Below the pieces are notes generated by a model. That model saw nothing but the letters and a program-made list of their open reading frames with translations, searched no databases and was not told the origin of the DNA. This document shows positions 38,117 through 45,645 of a stretch of DNA of 64,000 nt, in pieces (the first letter of the stretch is position 1; each line of letters opens with the position of its first letter). A program made the position numbers and the translations under genes. Origin of the DNA: a virus (taxonomy: Duplodnaviria > Heunggongvirae > Uroviricota > Caudoviricetes); the IMG/VR virus record IMGVR_UViG_3300020426_000391. One strand, given 5' to 3'.

Positions 38117-38620
38117 TCATTTCGTCCATCCCTCGACGACTGGCAGATCCGTGGCCGGCCTGTCCGCACACGGCGCCAGGTCGAGGATCATCCGATTACT
38201 CATTCCGGTGCGTACTGCGATGACGCTGCGGTTCTCGAGGACGCCGAAGGGGCCGTCCTCTATGACCTTCCGGACATCGAACGGGACCTTCCCCGACAGG
38301 GAGGTGATGATGGTGCTGGGCACTCCGGGGATCGTCACGAGATGGCTCTGGATGGTGATGTTCCCGGAAGGGTCGGTGATCAGCCAGCGCGCATCGAGAG
38401 TGGCGACGCCATCCTCGACCGTGACGGCGTATTCGAGGTCGTATCGACCGGACTTCTCGCGCCTGATCATCCTCGGACCCTTGCGCTGCCCGCTCGCCAT
38501 CTCCCGGGCGACGTGATGGGCGTCGAGCGTGATGCTCTTGCGGGCTCCGTGGTCCTGAGACGTGCTGTGTTCGAGGGCGAGGCGCGCCCAATGGGTTACG
38601 AGGACCTTCACCGGCATCAT
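38117..38620 (-). CDS. hypothetical protein
   Basis: Internal start MMPVKVLVTHW. Confidence 0.4.
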   Translation of the reverse strand: MMPVKVLVTHWARLALEHSTSQDHGARKSITLDAHHVAREMASGQRKGPRMIRREKSGRYDLEYAVTVEDGVATLDARWLITDPSGNITIQSHLVTIPGVPSTIITSLSGKVPFDVRKVIEDGPFGVLENRSVIAVRTGMSNRMILDLAPCADRPATDLPVVEGWTK

Positions 38621-39153
38621 CGGATGGTCTCGGCGGTCTCGGACCACGTGGGCCATTCACGCACCTGTGCGTGCGTCACATAGGCGATCTGCAGCCAGAT
38701 CTTGTCGCGGTCGGCATCGATGTGGCCTTCCGTGATGCTGCGCGCGTCATCCGTCATGAACGAGACGACGTCCTTGACGAGCAAGTCGCCTTCCTTGGCC
38801 TTGGATAGTGTCGAATTCATCTTGGCGTGAGGCATGCCGACGATGGAGATGAGAGCTTCACCGATGTAGGTGGCACCGCCATCGAGCGTGATCTGGCCGC
38901 AGAGGGCCGGCACGCCGTCCTGGAACCTCGCTTCCAGTCGGTATTCGATGCCCGCCTGCTCGTGGACGTAGTTCTTGGCGCCCATTTCCTCGCAGCGATT
39001 GGCGATGGCGTCCTTGATCGCCGAGAAGGCATGCCGCCTGTCCGTAGCGGAGAGGCCCTTCAGGACGGAAAGGACCTTCCGTGCGACTGGCCCGACATGT
39101 GTCGGCGCTCCGGCGTGAGTCGAGGTCCTCTTCACATCCAGTCCCCTGTCCAT
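38617..39153 (-). CDS. hypothetical protein
   Basis: Track ORF. Confidence 0.4.
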   Translation of the reverse strand: MDRGLDVKRTSTHAGAPTHVGPVARKVLSVLKGLSATDRRHAFSAIKDAIANRCEEMGAKNYVHEQAGIEYRLEARFQDGVPALCGQITLDGGATYIGEALISIVGMPHAKMNSTLSKAKEGDLLVKDVVSFMTDDARSITEGHIDADRDKIWLQIAYVTHAQVREWPTWSETAETIR

Positions 39154-39653
39154 GTCCTGAGGCCATCGTGGGTCAGCGCCCCGGCCCTGTTATCGCTTCT
39201 GAGGTCGGACACCAGGAGAGCGAACCAGGGCGGTCCCTCGTCGTATTCGTCGTGATCCTCGTCCGTCTCCACTCCGGTGTAGCGCATGCTCTCCCAAGGA
39301 GCCGTCATGACGGCTCCCACCTGTCCGAGAGTGCTTCCGACCTTGCTCGCGAAATCCATCTTGAACGACTCGGGGATGTCCTTCAGCCAAAGACGGCCGC
39401 TCGACATCTGCCATGCGGAAGTATCCAGATTGAAGAGGAGATCGGCATCGCCGTTCTTCAGGATCATGTTGCAGGAGAGACGGATGTCCCCGATGGCCAC
39501 TTCCGACAGATGGATGATCTTCTGGATGCCTCCCTGATCGCTCGTGAATGCATTGTGGGCTGACCTATGGATCTCCCTCTCGAGACCGGGGAAGCGATCG
39601 CGCGCCATATGGAGCCCGATCGCGCCGAGCAGGGATACGGGGAATGCGTTCAT
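39132..39653 (-). CDS. hypothetical protein
   Basis: Track ORF. Confidence 0.4.
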   Translation of the reverse strand: MNAFPVSLLGAIGLHMARDRFPGLEREIHRSAHNAFTSDQGGIQKIIHLSEVAIGDIRLSCNMILKNGDADLLFNLDTSAWQMSSGRLWLKDIPESFKMDFASKVGSTLGQVGAVMTAPWESMRYTGVETDEDHDEYDEGPPWFALLVSDLRSDNRAGALTHDGLRTWTGDWM

Positions 39654-39993
39654 GTCGGCGCTCCTACGCGAAGATGAGACTGATGGCGCAGCCGGTTACG
39701 ATCAGCGTGCGAAGAGCCTCGACGAGGCGGCCCCTCATGTGATCGCGTGACGTCGTGTCCAATACTGTCTGGATGATGCCCATGTTCGGGTCCTTTTCCT
39801 TCATTCGGATGTCCTCCCGCGTGGAGCGAGAAGAAAAAATTCCTGTCCGTCGTATTTTCCGCTGGACACGGATTCCCATCCTGCATATCATTCGCCGCAT
39901 GTTCACGAAGACCATCCTCTCGCAACGATATTTGCGACTATCGGAATCATCCCTTCAGGGGTGAGGTCTTGACGCGCCTCACCCCGTTAATAC

Positions 39994-40079
39994 GGAGGGT
40001 GGCGCAGGATGGCTGCAAACCGGATTCGAAACCCGGGCCTACCGAAAGGTAGAGAGTTCGACTCTTTCACCTTCCGCCA
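39994..40079 (+). tRNA. tRNA-Ser-like, anticodon CGA, type II with a non-canonical D-arm
   Basis: GGAGGGU acceptor pairs with ACCUUCC-G-CCA. Anticodon arm CCGGA UUCGAAA CCCGG, variable hairpin CUACCGAAAGGUAG, T-arm GAGAG UUCGACU CUUUC. The D region cannot be folded canonically. Confidence 0.45.
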
Positions 40080-40090
40080 GTTCACATGAA

Positions 40091-40126
40091 GGCGTCAGTT
40101 CCCCTCTCGGGATCTGACGCCTTTTT
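40091..40126 (+). terminator. rho-independent terminator inside the tRNA array
   Basis: ggcgtcag...ctgacgcc hairpin followed by TTTTT. Confidence 0.5.
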
Positions 40127-40151
40127 CGTTTCATCGCTTTCAAGGTTCAAC

Positions 40152-40241
40152 GGGTAGTCAAAGCCATACTGGATTTGCGCAACCGGACTGTAAATCCGGT
40201 CCTCGAAAGAGGGGGAGGTTCGATTCCTCGGCTGCCCACCA
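40152..40241 (+). tRNA. tRNA-Tyr-like, anticodon GUA, type II with an aberrant D-arm (possible pseudo-tRNA)
   Basis: Acceptor GGGUAGU/GCUGCCC with two G-U pairs, A73, CCA. Anticodon arm CCGGA CUGUAAA UCCGG, variable hairpin CCUCGAAAGAGG, T-loop UUCGAUU. Confidence 0.4.
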
Positions 40242-40277
40242 AGTTTAGGAGAATGAGTATCGGATGCATGCAATGAC

Positions 40278-40360
40278 GCGAGAGTGGCGGAACCGGTAGA
40301 CGCGCCCGCTTTAAGCCCGGGTGTCCTCGTGGCGTGGGGGTTCGAGTCCCTCCTCTCGCA
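40278..40360 (+). tRNA. tRNA-Leu (anticodon UAA), no CCA encoded
   Basis: GCGAGAG UG GCG GAACCGGUAGA CGC. Anticodon loop UUUAAGC with G37, long variable arm, T-arm GGGGG UUCGAGU CCCUC, acceptor 3' CUCUCGC-A. Confidence 0.7.
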
Positions 40361-40379
40361 TCATTGCCGATAACGGATC

Positions 40380-40465
40380 GCGGAGTTGGCGGAACTGGTA
40401 GACGTCCCTGCTTCAAACCCAGGCGCTCCGGATGGAGCGTGAGAGTTCGAATCTCTCACTCCGCA
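40380..40465 (+). tRNA. tRNA-Leu (anticodon CAA)
   Basis: GCGGAGU UG GCG GAACUGGUAGA CGU. Loop UUCAAAC, variable hairpin GCUCC GGAU GGAGC, T-arm GAGAG UUCGAAU CUCUC. Confidence 0.75.
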
Positions 40466-40492
40466 CCGGTCGTCCTTTCGATTTATGAGATT

Positions 40493-40581
40493 GCCCGATT
40501 GGCGAAGCTGGTAGACGCGCTGGATTCAGGATCCAGTGTCCCGTGAGGGACGTGCAGGTTCGAAGCCTGCATCGGGCACCA
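40493..40581 (+). tRNA. tRNA-Leu (anticodon CAG), CCA encoded
   Basis: GCCCGAU UG GCG AAGCUGGUAGA CGC. Anticodon stem-loop CUGGA UUCAGGA UCCAG, T-arm GCAGG UUCGAAG CCUGC, AUCGGGC-A-CCA. Confidence 0.8.
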
Positions 40582-40599
40582 ATATACAGGACGGTTCAA

Positions 40600-40686
40600 G
40601 CGACCGTGGCGAAGCTGGTAGACGCGCGACGTTGAGGTCGTCGTGGGAGAGATCCCGGGGAGGTTCGAATCCTCTCGGTCGCACCA
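40600..40686 (+). tRNA. tRNA-Leu (anticodon GAG), CCA encoded
   Basis: GCGACCG UG GCG AAGCUGGUAGA CGC. Anticodon stem-loop CGACG UUGAGGU CGUCG, T-arm GGAGG UUCGAAU CCUCU, CGGUCGC-A-CCA. Confidence 0.8.
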
Positions 40687-40696
40687 ACCGTCCTGA

Positions 40697-40770
40697 TGCT
40701 CCTTCGGCTAATGGTAAGCCGCCTGACTCTGAATCAGGAAATCGGGGTTCGACCCCCTGGGGAGCATCCA
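40697..40770 (+). tRNA. tRNA-Gln (anticodon CUG), CCA encoded
   Basis: UGCUCCU UC GGC UAAUGGUAA GCC. Anticodon stem-loop CCUGA CUCUGAA UCAGG, T-arm CGGGG UUCGACC CCCUG, GGGAGCA-U-CCA. U1-A72 is typical of Gln. Confidence 0.75.
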
Positions 40771-40846
40771 GTTTCCGGCCCGCCTTCTCACTGGTGAGCG
40801 GCCGGACGAGCGGTGGGGGTCGCCGGATGGGCGGCCCCCGCTCGGA

Positions 40847-41338
40847 TCAGATCTTCTTCAGGATGGAAGGCATCCGCTGGAGGGGGCCTATCTTCCTCTC
40901 GGAGATGCAGCTGACCTTGCTGACCGGAACCGTCGGGACCTTTCCGCGGCCGATCGTCGTCGGGCATTTGATGCAGCACTTCGGGCGCGACCCCTTGAGC
41001 TTGTCGATCGCTTCATCGACGATTGAGGTCGGAAGGACGGATCCGTCATGAATGGTCTTGCGCTTGTGCGCTTCCATTCGCATGGCGTCCTTGATCTTCT
41101 TGCGTTGTACATCGGTGAGAGCGGTCCGTCCTGCGTCGATGCTGTTATGGACCGCCTTGACCGCGGACGCGGCGACGGACGGCCTGTCCTGCCTGGTCTC
41201 TTCGGTCTTGAGATTGATCTCGCTCCTCACCTGCTCTTGTTGGGATGCATCCTGCGACTGCGCGATCGCCGGAGCGGAGACGCCGGCAAGGGTCAGGGCG
41301 GTGGCGATGGCTAGCTTCTTCATGCTGGTTCCTTTCAT
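40847..41338 (-). CDS. secreted hypothetical protein (163 aa)
   Basis: Signal peptide MKKLAIATALTLAGVSAPAIA; Cys pairs near the C-terminus. Confidence 0.5.
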   Translation of the reverse strand: MKGTSMKKLAIATALTLAGVSAPAIAQSQDASQQEQVRSEINLKTEETRQDRPSVAASAVKAVHNSIDAGRTALTDVQRKKIKDAMRMEAHKRKTIHDGSVLPTSIVDEAIDKLKGSRPKCCIKCPTTIGRGKVPTVPVSKVSCISERKIGPLQRMPSILKKI

Positions 41339-41443
41339 TCCTCGGAGAGAATCGAATTCCTCCCACCGGTCTCTTAGGATCGGTATGATGATACCCCAAG
41401 CACGAACTTTCCGAGTGAATGCAAATGGTTGTAATATGGCCCG

Positions 41444-41896
41444 TTATTTTTTCGATGCAGGGAGAATGACGGTGTCTCCTTCGCGCAGGCCCATCTGCGC
41501 GCTTTTCCCCGCCTCCAACTCCAACACTGCGATAACGGGCCTCTCGGGTGATACGTGCCTGAGGTCGCCCGGCTGCCGATCCGGTGCGACAAGGGATATC
41601 GTTCCGTCTTCCTCGATGAAGATCATGTCGAGAGGAATGAGCGTGTCCTTCATCCAGAACTGCGGGACGCGCGGTGCATCGGAGAGGAAGAGCATCCCGT
41701 CATGCGGGCCGATATCCGGCCTTCCCATGAGACCGGTCGAGATCTCGTGCGGATCGTCCGCGAGCTCGACGGTGAGATCGATGTGACCGGACGGTGTCAC
41801 TACGGCGATATCCACGGAATCGAGTGTATCCTGGCTCTGTGCACAGCATGAGAGAAGGACCGACAGCGCGGTCAGTATGAAGGCCCGTGGAATCAT
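41444..41896 (-). CDS. DUF192 (COG1430) family secreted protein
   Basis: GLMGR ... DGMLFLS ... FWMKDTLIPLDMIFI..DGTI matches the conserved DUF192 blocks. Confidence 0.65.
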   Translation of the reverse strand: MIPRAFILTALSVLLSCCAQSQDTLDSVDIAVVTPSGHIDLTVELADDPHEISTGLMGRPDIGPHDGMLFLSDAPRVPQFWMKDTLIPLDMIFIEEDGTISLVAPDRQPGDLRHVSPERPVIAVLELEAGKSAQMGLREGDTVILPASKK

Positions 41897-41952
41897 GCGC
41901 TATTCTAGGATGCGGGGGCTGGCGAAACAAAGCCGCCGACCCCCGCATGAAG

Positions 41953-43302
41953 TCACTTGTGCGTCTTGTAGGCGACGTGACGATATGTGCTGTAACTGGA
42001 GCACCGAGCCTGACCGTAGAGCCTCGCTTCGATCTGGCTGCACAGGGAAGTGCTATCGCCATTGCGGTAATAGCTCCTCCAGACGAGATTGGGCGTTCCA
42101 TCCCATGTCCGCTGCCAGGCGGTCCCGATGTAGAGGCTCTCATCCTGTGTGAAGGCCATGCCGGGAGCGGTCTCGTATTCGGTCGCATAAAGAGCACCGA
42201 TGCTGGTGATGTTCGCGCCCGACATTCCGTCGGCCTTCCACTTGTCGATCGCCTCGCGGTTCTTGCGGAACCAGTAGGCGATGTAGTCGGCCTTCTCCAG
42301 GACGCTTGCATTGCCCGCGGGAATCGGTCCGGTCCACAGGGGTATGTCCCCCTCGGGCGCGCCTTCGCTCGTGTTGTAGATGGGCTGGGTGTAGACATGC
42401 CAGACATAGTAGTTCGAGTTCGGTAGTCCGGAATCGGCGGCAGTCACGGCTCTTGCCAGATCACCCTTAGCACCGATGCCGGCAGAGCCGTCGAAATCGG
42501 CGATCACGATCGTCGATCCGTCTGGAGCACCATGCATTCTCTGCCATGCCCGCGTGACCCCGATGTAGGATATCTCGGGCCAGGAGGGCGGCATGCTGTA
42601 GAGGAAGCCGGCATCGTAGAGCGACTTGGTCGACGGGAAGGATCCCGAGCCTTCGTCGATCCAGGCATCGGCAGCGGCCTCGACCTGCCGGATGTAGCAT
42701 GCCAGCCACGTCCCGCGAACGTTCATCGCGGCATTTGCTGCCGGCTGGGCGCCGCATATGTCTGGCTGCGTGAAGCGCACGGGAGCCTGCGGACCCGTAT
42801 CCACGGGACCTCCTCCGGTCGCCACCTCTCCTATGCAGCATGGCTCACGGCCTCCGAGCCTTCCGTCCGGGGAGTCGGACCCGTCGCAGCGATAGACACC
42901 GGTCGCGGTGTTCGCCTTGGGAAGGTCGAGCTGTTGCCTCGCCTTGAGGCAGATGTTCAGACTTTCCTCGTGATCCGTGGGGCCGAGCTTGGCTCGTATC
43001 ATGCCGCCGTCGTAGTCGATCGCCCAGCGGTCGACCTCCATCGTCCGTGTCCCGATCGGCTGGTAGTCCAGATAGCCGGCCGATATCAATTCCTGCACCG
43101 GGTCGCCGCTCGTCGGATAGTGACCCTCCTGACGGTAGTAGAGCTCTAGTGCCGCCTCCATCTGTGCACCCTCGCCGACCAGGCGGCCGGCTTCCGCCTC
43201 GATCCGTCCGTTTCCGAAGGCGTCACCACCATAATACAGGATGAAGAGGACCGAGGCAGCTGCCAGCAGGACACCTAGGATGACGAGAGTGATCGTGGTC
43301 AT
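41953..43302 (-). CDS. membrane-anchored extracytoplasmic protein (about 449 aa), Cys-rich
   Basis: N-terminal TM MTTITLVILGVLLAAASVLFILYY, then a large Cys-containing domain. Start adjusted to MTTITLV. Confidence 0.5.
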   Translation of the reverse strand: MTTITLVILGVLLAAASVLFILYYGGDAFGNGRIEAEAGRLVGEGAQMEAALELYYRQEGHYPTSGDPVQELISAGYLDYQPIGTRTMEVDRWAIDYDGGMIRAKLGPTDHEESLNICLKARQQLDLPKANTATGVYRCDGSDSPDGRLGGREPCCIGEVATGGGPVDTGPQAPVRFTQPDICGAQPAANAAMNVRGTWLACYIRQVEAAADAWIDEGSGSFPSTKSLYDAGFLYSMPPSWPEISYIGVTRAWQRMHGAPDGSTIVIADFDGSAGIGAKGDLARAVTAADSGLPNSNYYVWHVYTQPIYNTSEGAPEGDIPLWTGPIPAGNASVLEKADYIAYWFRKNREAIDKWKADGMSGANITSIGALYATEYETAPGMAFTQDESLYIGTAWQRTWDGTPNLVWRSYYRNGDSTSLCSQIEARLYGQARCSSYSTYRHVAYKTHK

Positions 43303-43438
43303 GGCATTTCCGTCGATGGAATAGAAGGATAGCCGTGTTTTTAGGATGAATGGACTTCGTCCCGCAACCACCCGAGGAGGGGTTTATGCTTGCGCATGCG
43401 GAAATGTCCGAAGGCTCTCGTCGGGCGAGTGCGGATGC

Positions 43439-43477
43439 AAAAAAGGGGTGGCATTCCTCTGAATGCCACCCCTTTTG
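43439..43477. terminator. bidirectional rho-independent terminator
   Basis: a6 - ggggtggcattcctctgaatgccacccc - tttt; GCATCC motif on the minus-strand side. Confidence 0.6.
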
Positions 43478-43483
43478 CTGTAT

Positions 43484-43561
43484 TGGCGCGCCCTAGTGGA
43501 CTCGAACCACTGACCTACGGTTTAGAAGACCGTTGCTACTATCCAGCTGAGCTAAGAGCGC
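43484..43561 (-). tRNA. tRNA-Arg (anticodon UCU), CCA encoded
   Basis: RC GCGCUCUUAGCUCAGCUGGAUAGUAGCAACGGUCUUCUAAACCGUAGGUCAGUGGUUCGAGUCCACUAGGGCGCGCCA. Confidence 0.75.
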
Positions 43562-43571
43562 GTTCCGGCCG

Positions 43572-43862
43572 TCATGCGGCCTTGGGAATATCTTTCTCGA
43601 CGACGCCTGTCACGGTCACGGCTTCTCGGCCGGTCCAGCGCATCGTGAGGGTCAGCGCGTCGCCGTCGTTAGCCTGCGCCTCGAGGAGGGCCTTCGCGTT
43701 CTTCCCCTGCGCGATCAGGGAGACCATTCGGCTCTCCTTCTTGAGCTGGACGTTCATCACGCCCTTGGCCATCGGGTTGGCATCCGTCCCGTCCTTCTTG
43801 AGATACTGGATCGTCACCTTGTTGGTGCTCTCGGGGCCCTTCTTGCCCTTGGTGTAACGCAT
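43572..43862 (-). CDS. hypothetical small basic protein (96 aa)
   Basis: Track ORF. Confidence 0.4.
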   Translation of the reverse strand: MRYTKGKKGPESTNKVTIQYLKKDGTDANPMAKGVMNVQLKKESRMVSLIAQGKNAKALLEAQANDGDALTLTMRWTGREAVTVTGVVEKDIPKAA

Positions 43863-43874
43863 GTCTTTTTCCCT

Positions 43875-44051
43875 TCAGACCAGGATGTTCAGTATCTGCC
43901 CGCTACCCCCGGAGATCGGCCGTGTGACGATCGGATCGTCCCTCAGCTTCGCCTGACGGGCCATGCCCTCGTCGATGACCTTCGCGCGTGCACGGCTGAG
44001 CGCCTGCACATTGGCGTACGCCTGGGTGGTATAGTCTCCGAACAGTGCCAT
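43875..44051 (-). CDS. possible small protein (58 aa), below the track cut-off
   Basis: My translation: MALFGDYTTQAYANVQALSRARAKVIDEGMARQAKLRDDPIVTRPISGGSGQILNILV. Confidence 0.25.
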   Translation of the reverse strand: MALFGDYTTQAYANVQALSRARAKVIDEGMARQAKLRDDPIVTRPISGGSGQILNILV

Positions 44052-44075
44052 GACTGATCTCCTGGTGGATGAAGA

Positions 44076-44152
44076 TGGTGCGCTCGACAGGATTCGAACC
44101 TGTGGCCTCCGGATTAGGAATCCGATGCTCTATCCGACTGAGCTACGAGCGC
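44076..44152 (-). tRNA. tRNA-Arg (anticodon CCU), copy 2, CCA encoded
   Basis: Same cloverleaf as copy 1 with 3 substitutions (cctccgg vs cccccgg; ccgactg vs ccagctg). Confidence 0.85.
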
Positions 44153-44185
44153 GTGCGAGAGATTTTTCCTCTCTCGAATTCTGAT

Positions 44186-44446
44186 TCAGGTCCTCGGACC
44201 CCTGTCGGAAGGTCTGAAGTGCGTGGGTCTGTAATGCCGTGGGATCGGCTCTGATCCATGTCGCGTCCACGGCGAGCGCCAGGCCTTCTTGCCCTCGTCG
44301 AAATAGCAATCAGGTACGCGATACTCGTCACGCGGGAGGCCGGAAGCGGATGTGCGCACGATCCACAGGTCCACCCGCGAGGAGCGTCCGTCCCTGGGCG
44401 CCTCGGAGATATCCCGCCAATCGTCGTGCACCGCTTCCTGCGTCAT
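44186..44446 (-). CDS. hypothetical small protein (86 aa)
   Basis: Track ORF. Confidence 0.35.
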   Translation of the reverse strand: MTQEAVHDDWRDISEAPRDGRSSRVDLWIVRTSASGLPRDEYRVPDCYFDEGKKAWRSPWTRHGSEPIPRHYRPTHFRPSDRGPRT

Positions 44447-44467
44447 CGTCCTTCTCGGTTTTTTCGA

Positions 44468-44553
44468 ATGGAGGCCCAGACAGGATTTGAACCTGCGTTC
44501 CTTTCGGAAACCATGGATTTGCAGTCCAGTACCTTACCGCTCGGTCACCGGGC
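44468..44553 (-). tRNA. atypical type II (long variable arm) tRNA with anticodon GCA and discriminator U73, CCA encoded
   Basis: RC GGCCCGG UG ACC GAGCGGUAA GGU A CUGGA CUGCAAA UCCAU GGUUUCCGAAAGGAAC GCAGG UUCAAAU CCUGU CUGGGCC U CCA. Confidence 0.6.
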
Positions 44554-44599
44554 CCCTTCGATGCGACCTTGTAGGATGAGGTCGCGAATTGTCAAATGC

Positions 44600-45250
44600 C
44601 TACCAGCGTTCTCCGCAGATGAACGCCATGTTCCCGGCTTGCGGACGGATCATGAGATTGCGTTCCGCCATGATCTCGAGCCCCCAGGTCTTCTCCTCCA
44701 GGCCGGGAACGCGCTGGACGCGCAGCTTCAGGCCGAGTTCCGGCACCTCGATGATCTCGGTGGGGATGAGCTTGCCCTTGAAGGGGCCATGCTGCCGCCA
44801 TACGACGAACTCCTCGGGCTCGCCCTGCGGTTCGCCGAAGGCCTTCTCGGCCTGCTTGATTGCGCTGTCACGGGACTTCTCGGCAGAGGCGATCCGGTCT
44901 GCCGCCCACTTGGGCAGACGCTTCATACGCCTTTCCTCCAGTTCCGCGGCGTCCAGCCTGGCATCGGGCACGTCCGGTCCTTCGATGTCGAGGTTCTGCG
45001 CGGCGTCTTCGAGAACGGTCTTCAGATCGAATCCGTCGATCGCGTCGATGAGCTCCTCGAGCGCTCCGTGGTCCATGGCCATGATCTGTCCGTTGTCGCC
45101 TTCACGCGCTCCATCGCTCATGTTGTCGAGCGATTCGCCGAGATCGTCGCGGATGCCACGCAGGTCGTCGAGAGCGGCCTCCATGGTCGTTCGCGCTGCC
45201 GCGATCGCTTCGAGAGCCTTCTTCGCCTTCGCGCTGCGCTGCTTGTTCAT
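44600..45250 (-). CDS. hypothetical protein (about 216 aa)
   Basis: Internal start MNKQRSAKAKK; ATGA overlap with the upstream gene. Confidence 0.4.
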   Translation of the reverse strand: MNKQRSAKAKKALEAIAAARTTMEAALDDLRGIRDDLGESLDNMSDGAREGDNGQIMAMDHGALEELIDAIDGFDLKTVLEDAAQNLDIEGPDVPDARLDAAELEERRMKRLPKWAADRIASAEKSRDSAIKQAEKAFGEPQGEPEEFVVWRQHGPFKGKLIPTEIIEVPELGLKLRVQRVPGLEEKTWGLEIMAERNLMIRPQAGNMAFICGERW

Positions 45251-45645
45251 GTCTGCTTCTCCCTGTCCCTCATTCGGGTTCCGCGCGTGATGGCGTTCGA
45301 ATCCGTCTTGCTCATCGGCCCCATGATGGCGCATGTCTGTGTCGGGCCGGCAAAGACCGTCCTGCCCTGGTCCCGCACGATCTCGACGTGGACGCCACGT
45401 TTGCGCGCTCTCTCGACGACCTTGGCCAGATGGTCTTCATCATCTACCTCGATGCATATCTTCGGTTGCCCGTCGGCGAGATACTGGTTGACGAGAAGCG
45501 GCTTGTCGATGGCGAGGCGGACGCCCGCCGAGAAGGCCGCATGTGCTGCCTGGACCTCGGACTTGCCTCTGGTCATCTCGTCGAGGTCGCCGCGGAACGC
45601 GAGCACCATCCTCATTTCCGCGTGGTTCTCCGCTTTCTTGTCCAT
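45247..45645 (-). CDS. peptidyl-tRNA hydrolase, PTH2 family
   Basis: RMVLAFRGDLDEMTRGKSEVQAAHAA, GQPKICIEVDDEDHL and DQGRTVFAGPTQTCAIMGP align block by block with archaeal/eukaryotic Pth2. Confidence 0.7.
   Translation of the reverse strand: MDKKAENHAEMRMVLAFRGDLDEMTRGKSEVQAAHAAFSAGVRLAIDKPLLVNQYLADGQPKICIEVDDEDHLAKVVERARKRGVHVEIVRDQGRTVFAGPTQTCAIMGPMSKTDSNAITRGTRMRDREKQT

Noticed and set aside
40152-40241. Two-piece (permuted) tmRNA acceptor piece
   Set aside because: The T-arm plus ACCA end resembles a tRNA-like domain, but a GUA anticodon arm and variable hairpin are present. No tag-peptide reading frame or pseudoknot region follows before the next tRNA, so a degenerate tRNA-Tyr is the simpler reading.
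4291-44075. Simple prophage or genomic island bounded by the two tRNA-Arg(CCU) copies with att sites
   Set aside because: Kept only as a low-confidence hypothesis. Both tRNA copies are full length rather than 3' fragments. No tyrosine or serine recombinase is present in the interval or the window. Phage-like gene content continues on both outer sides.
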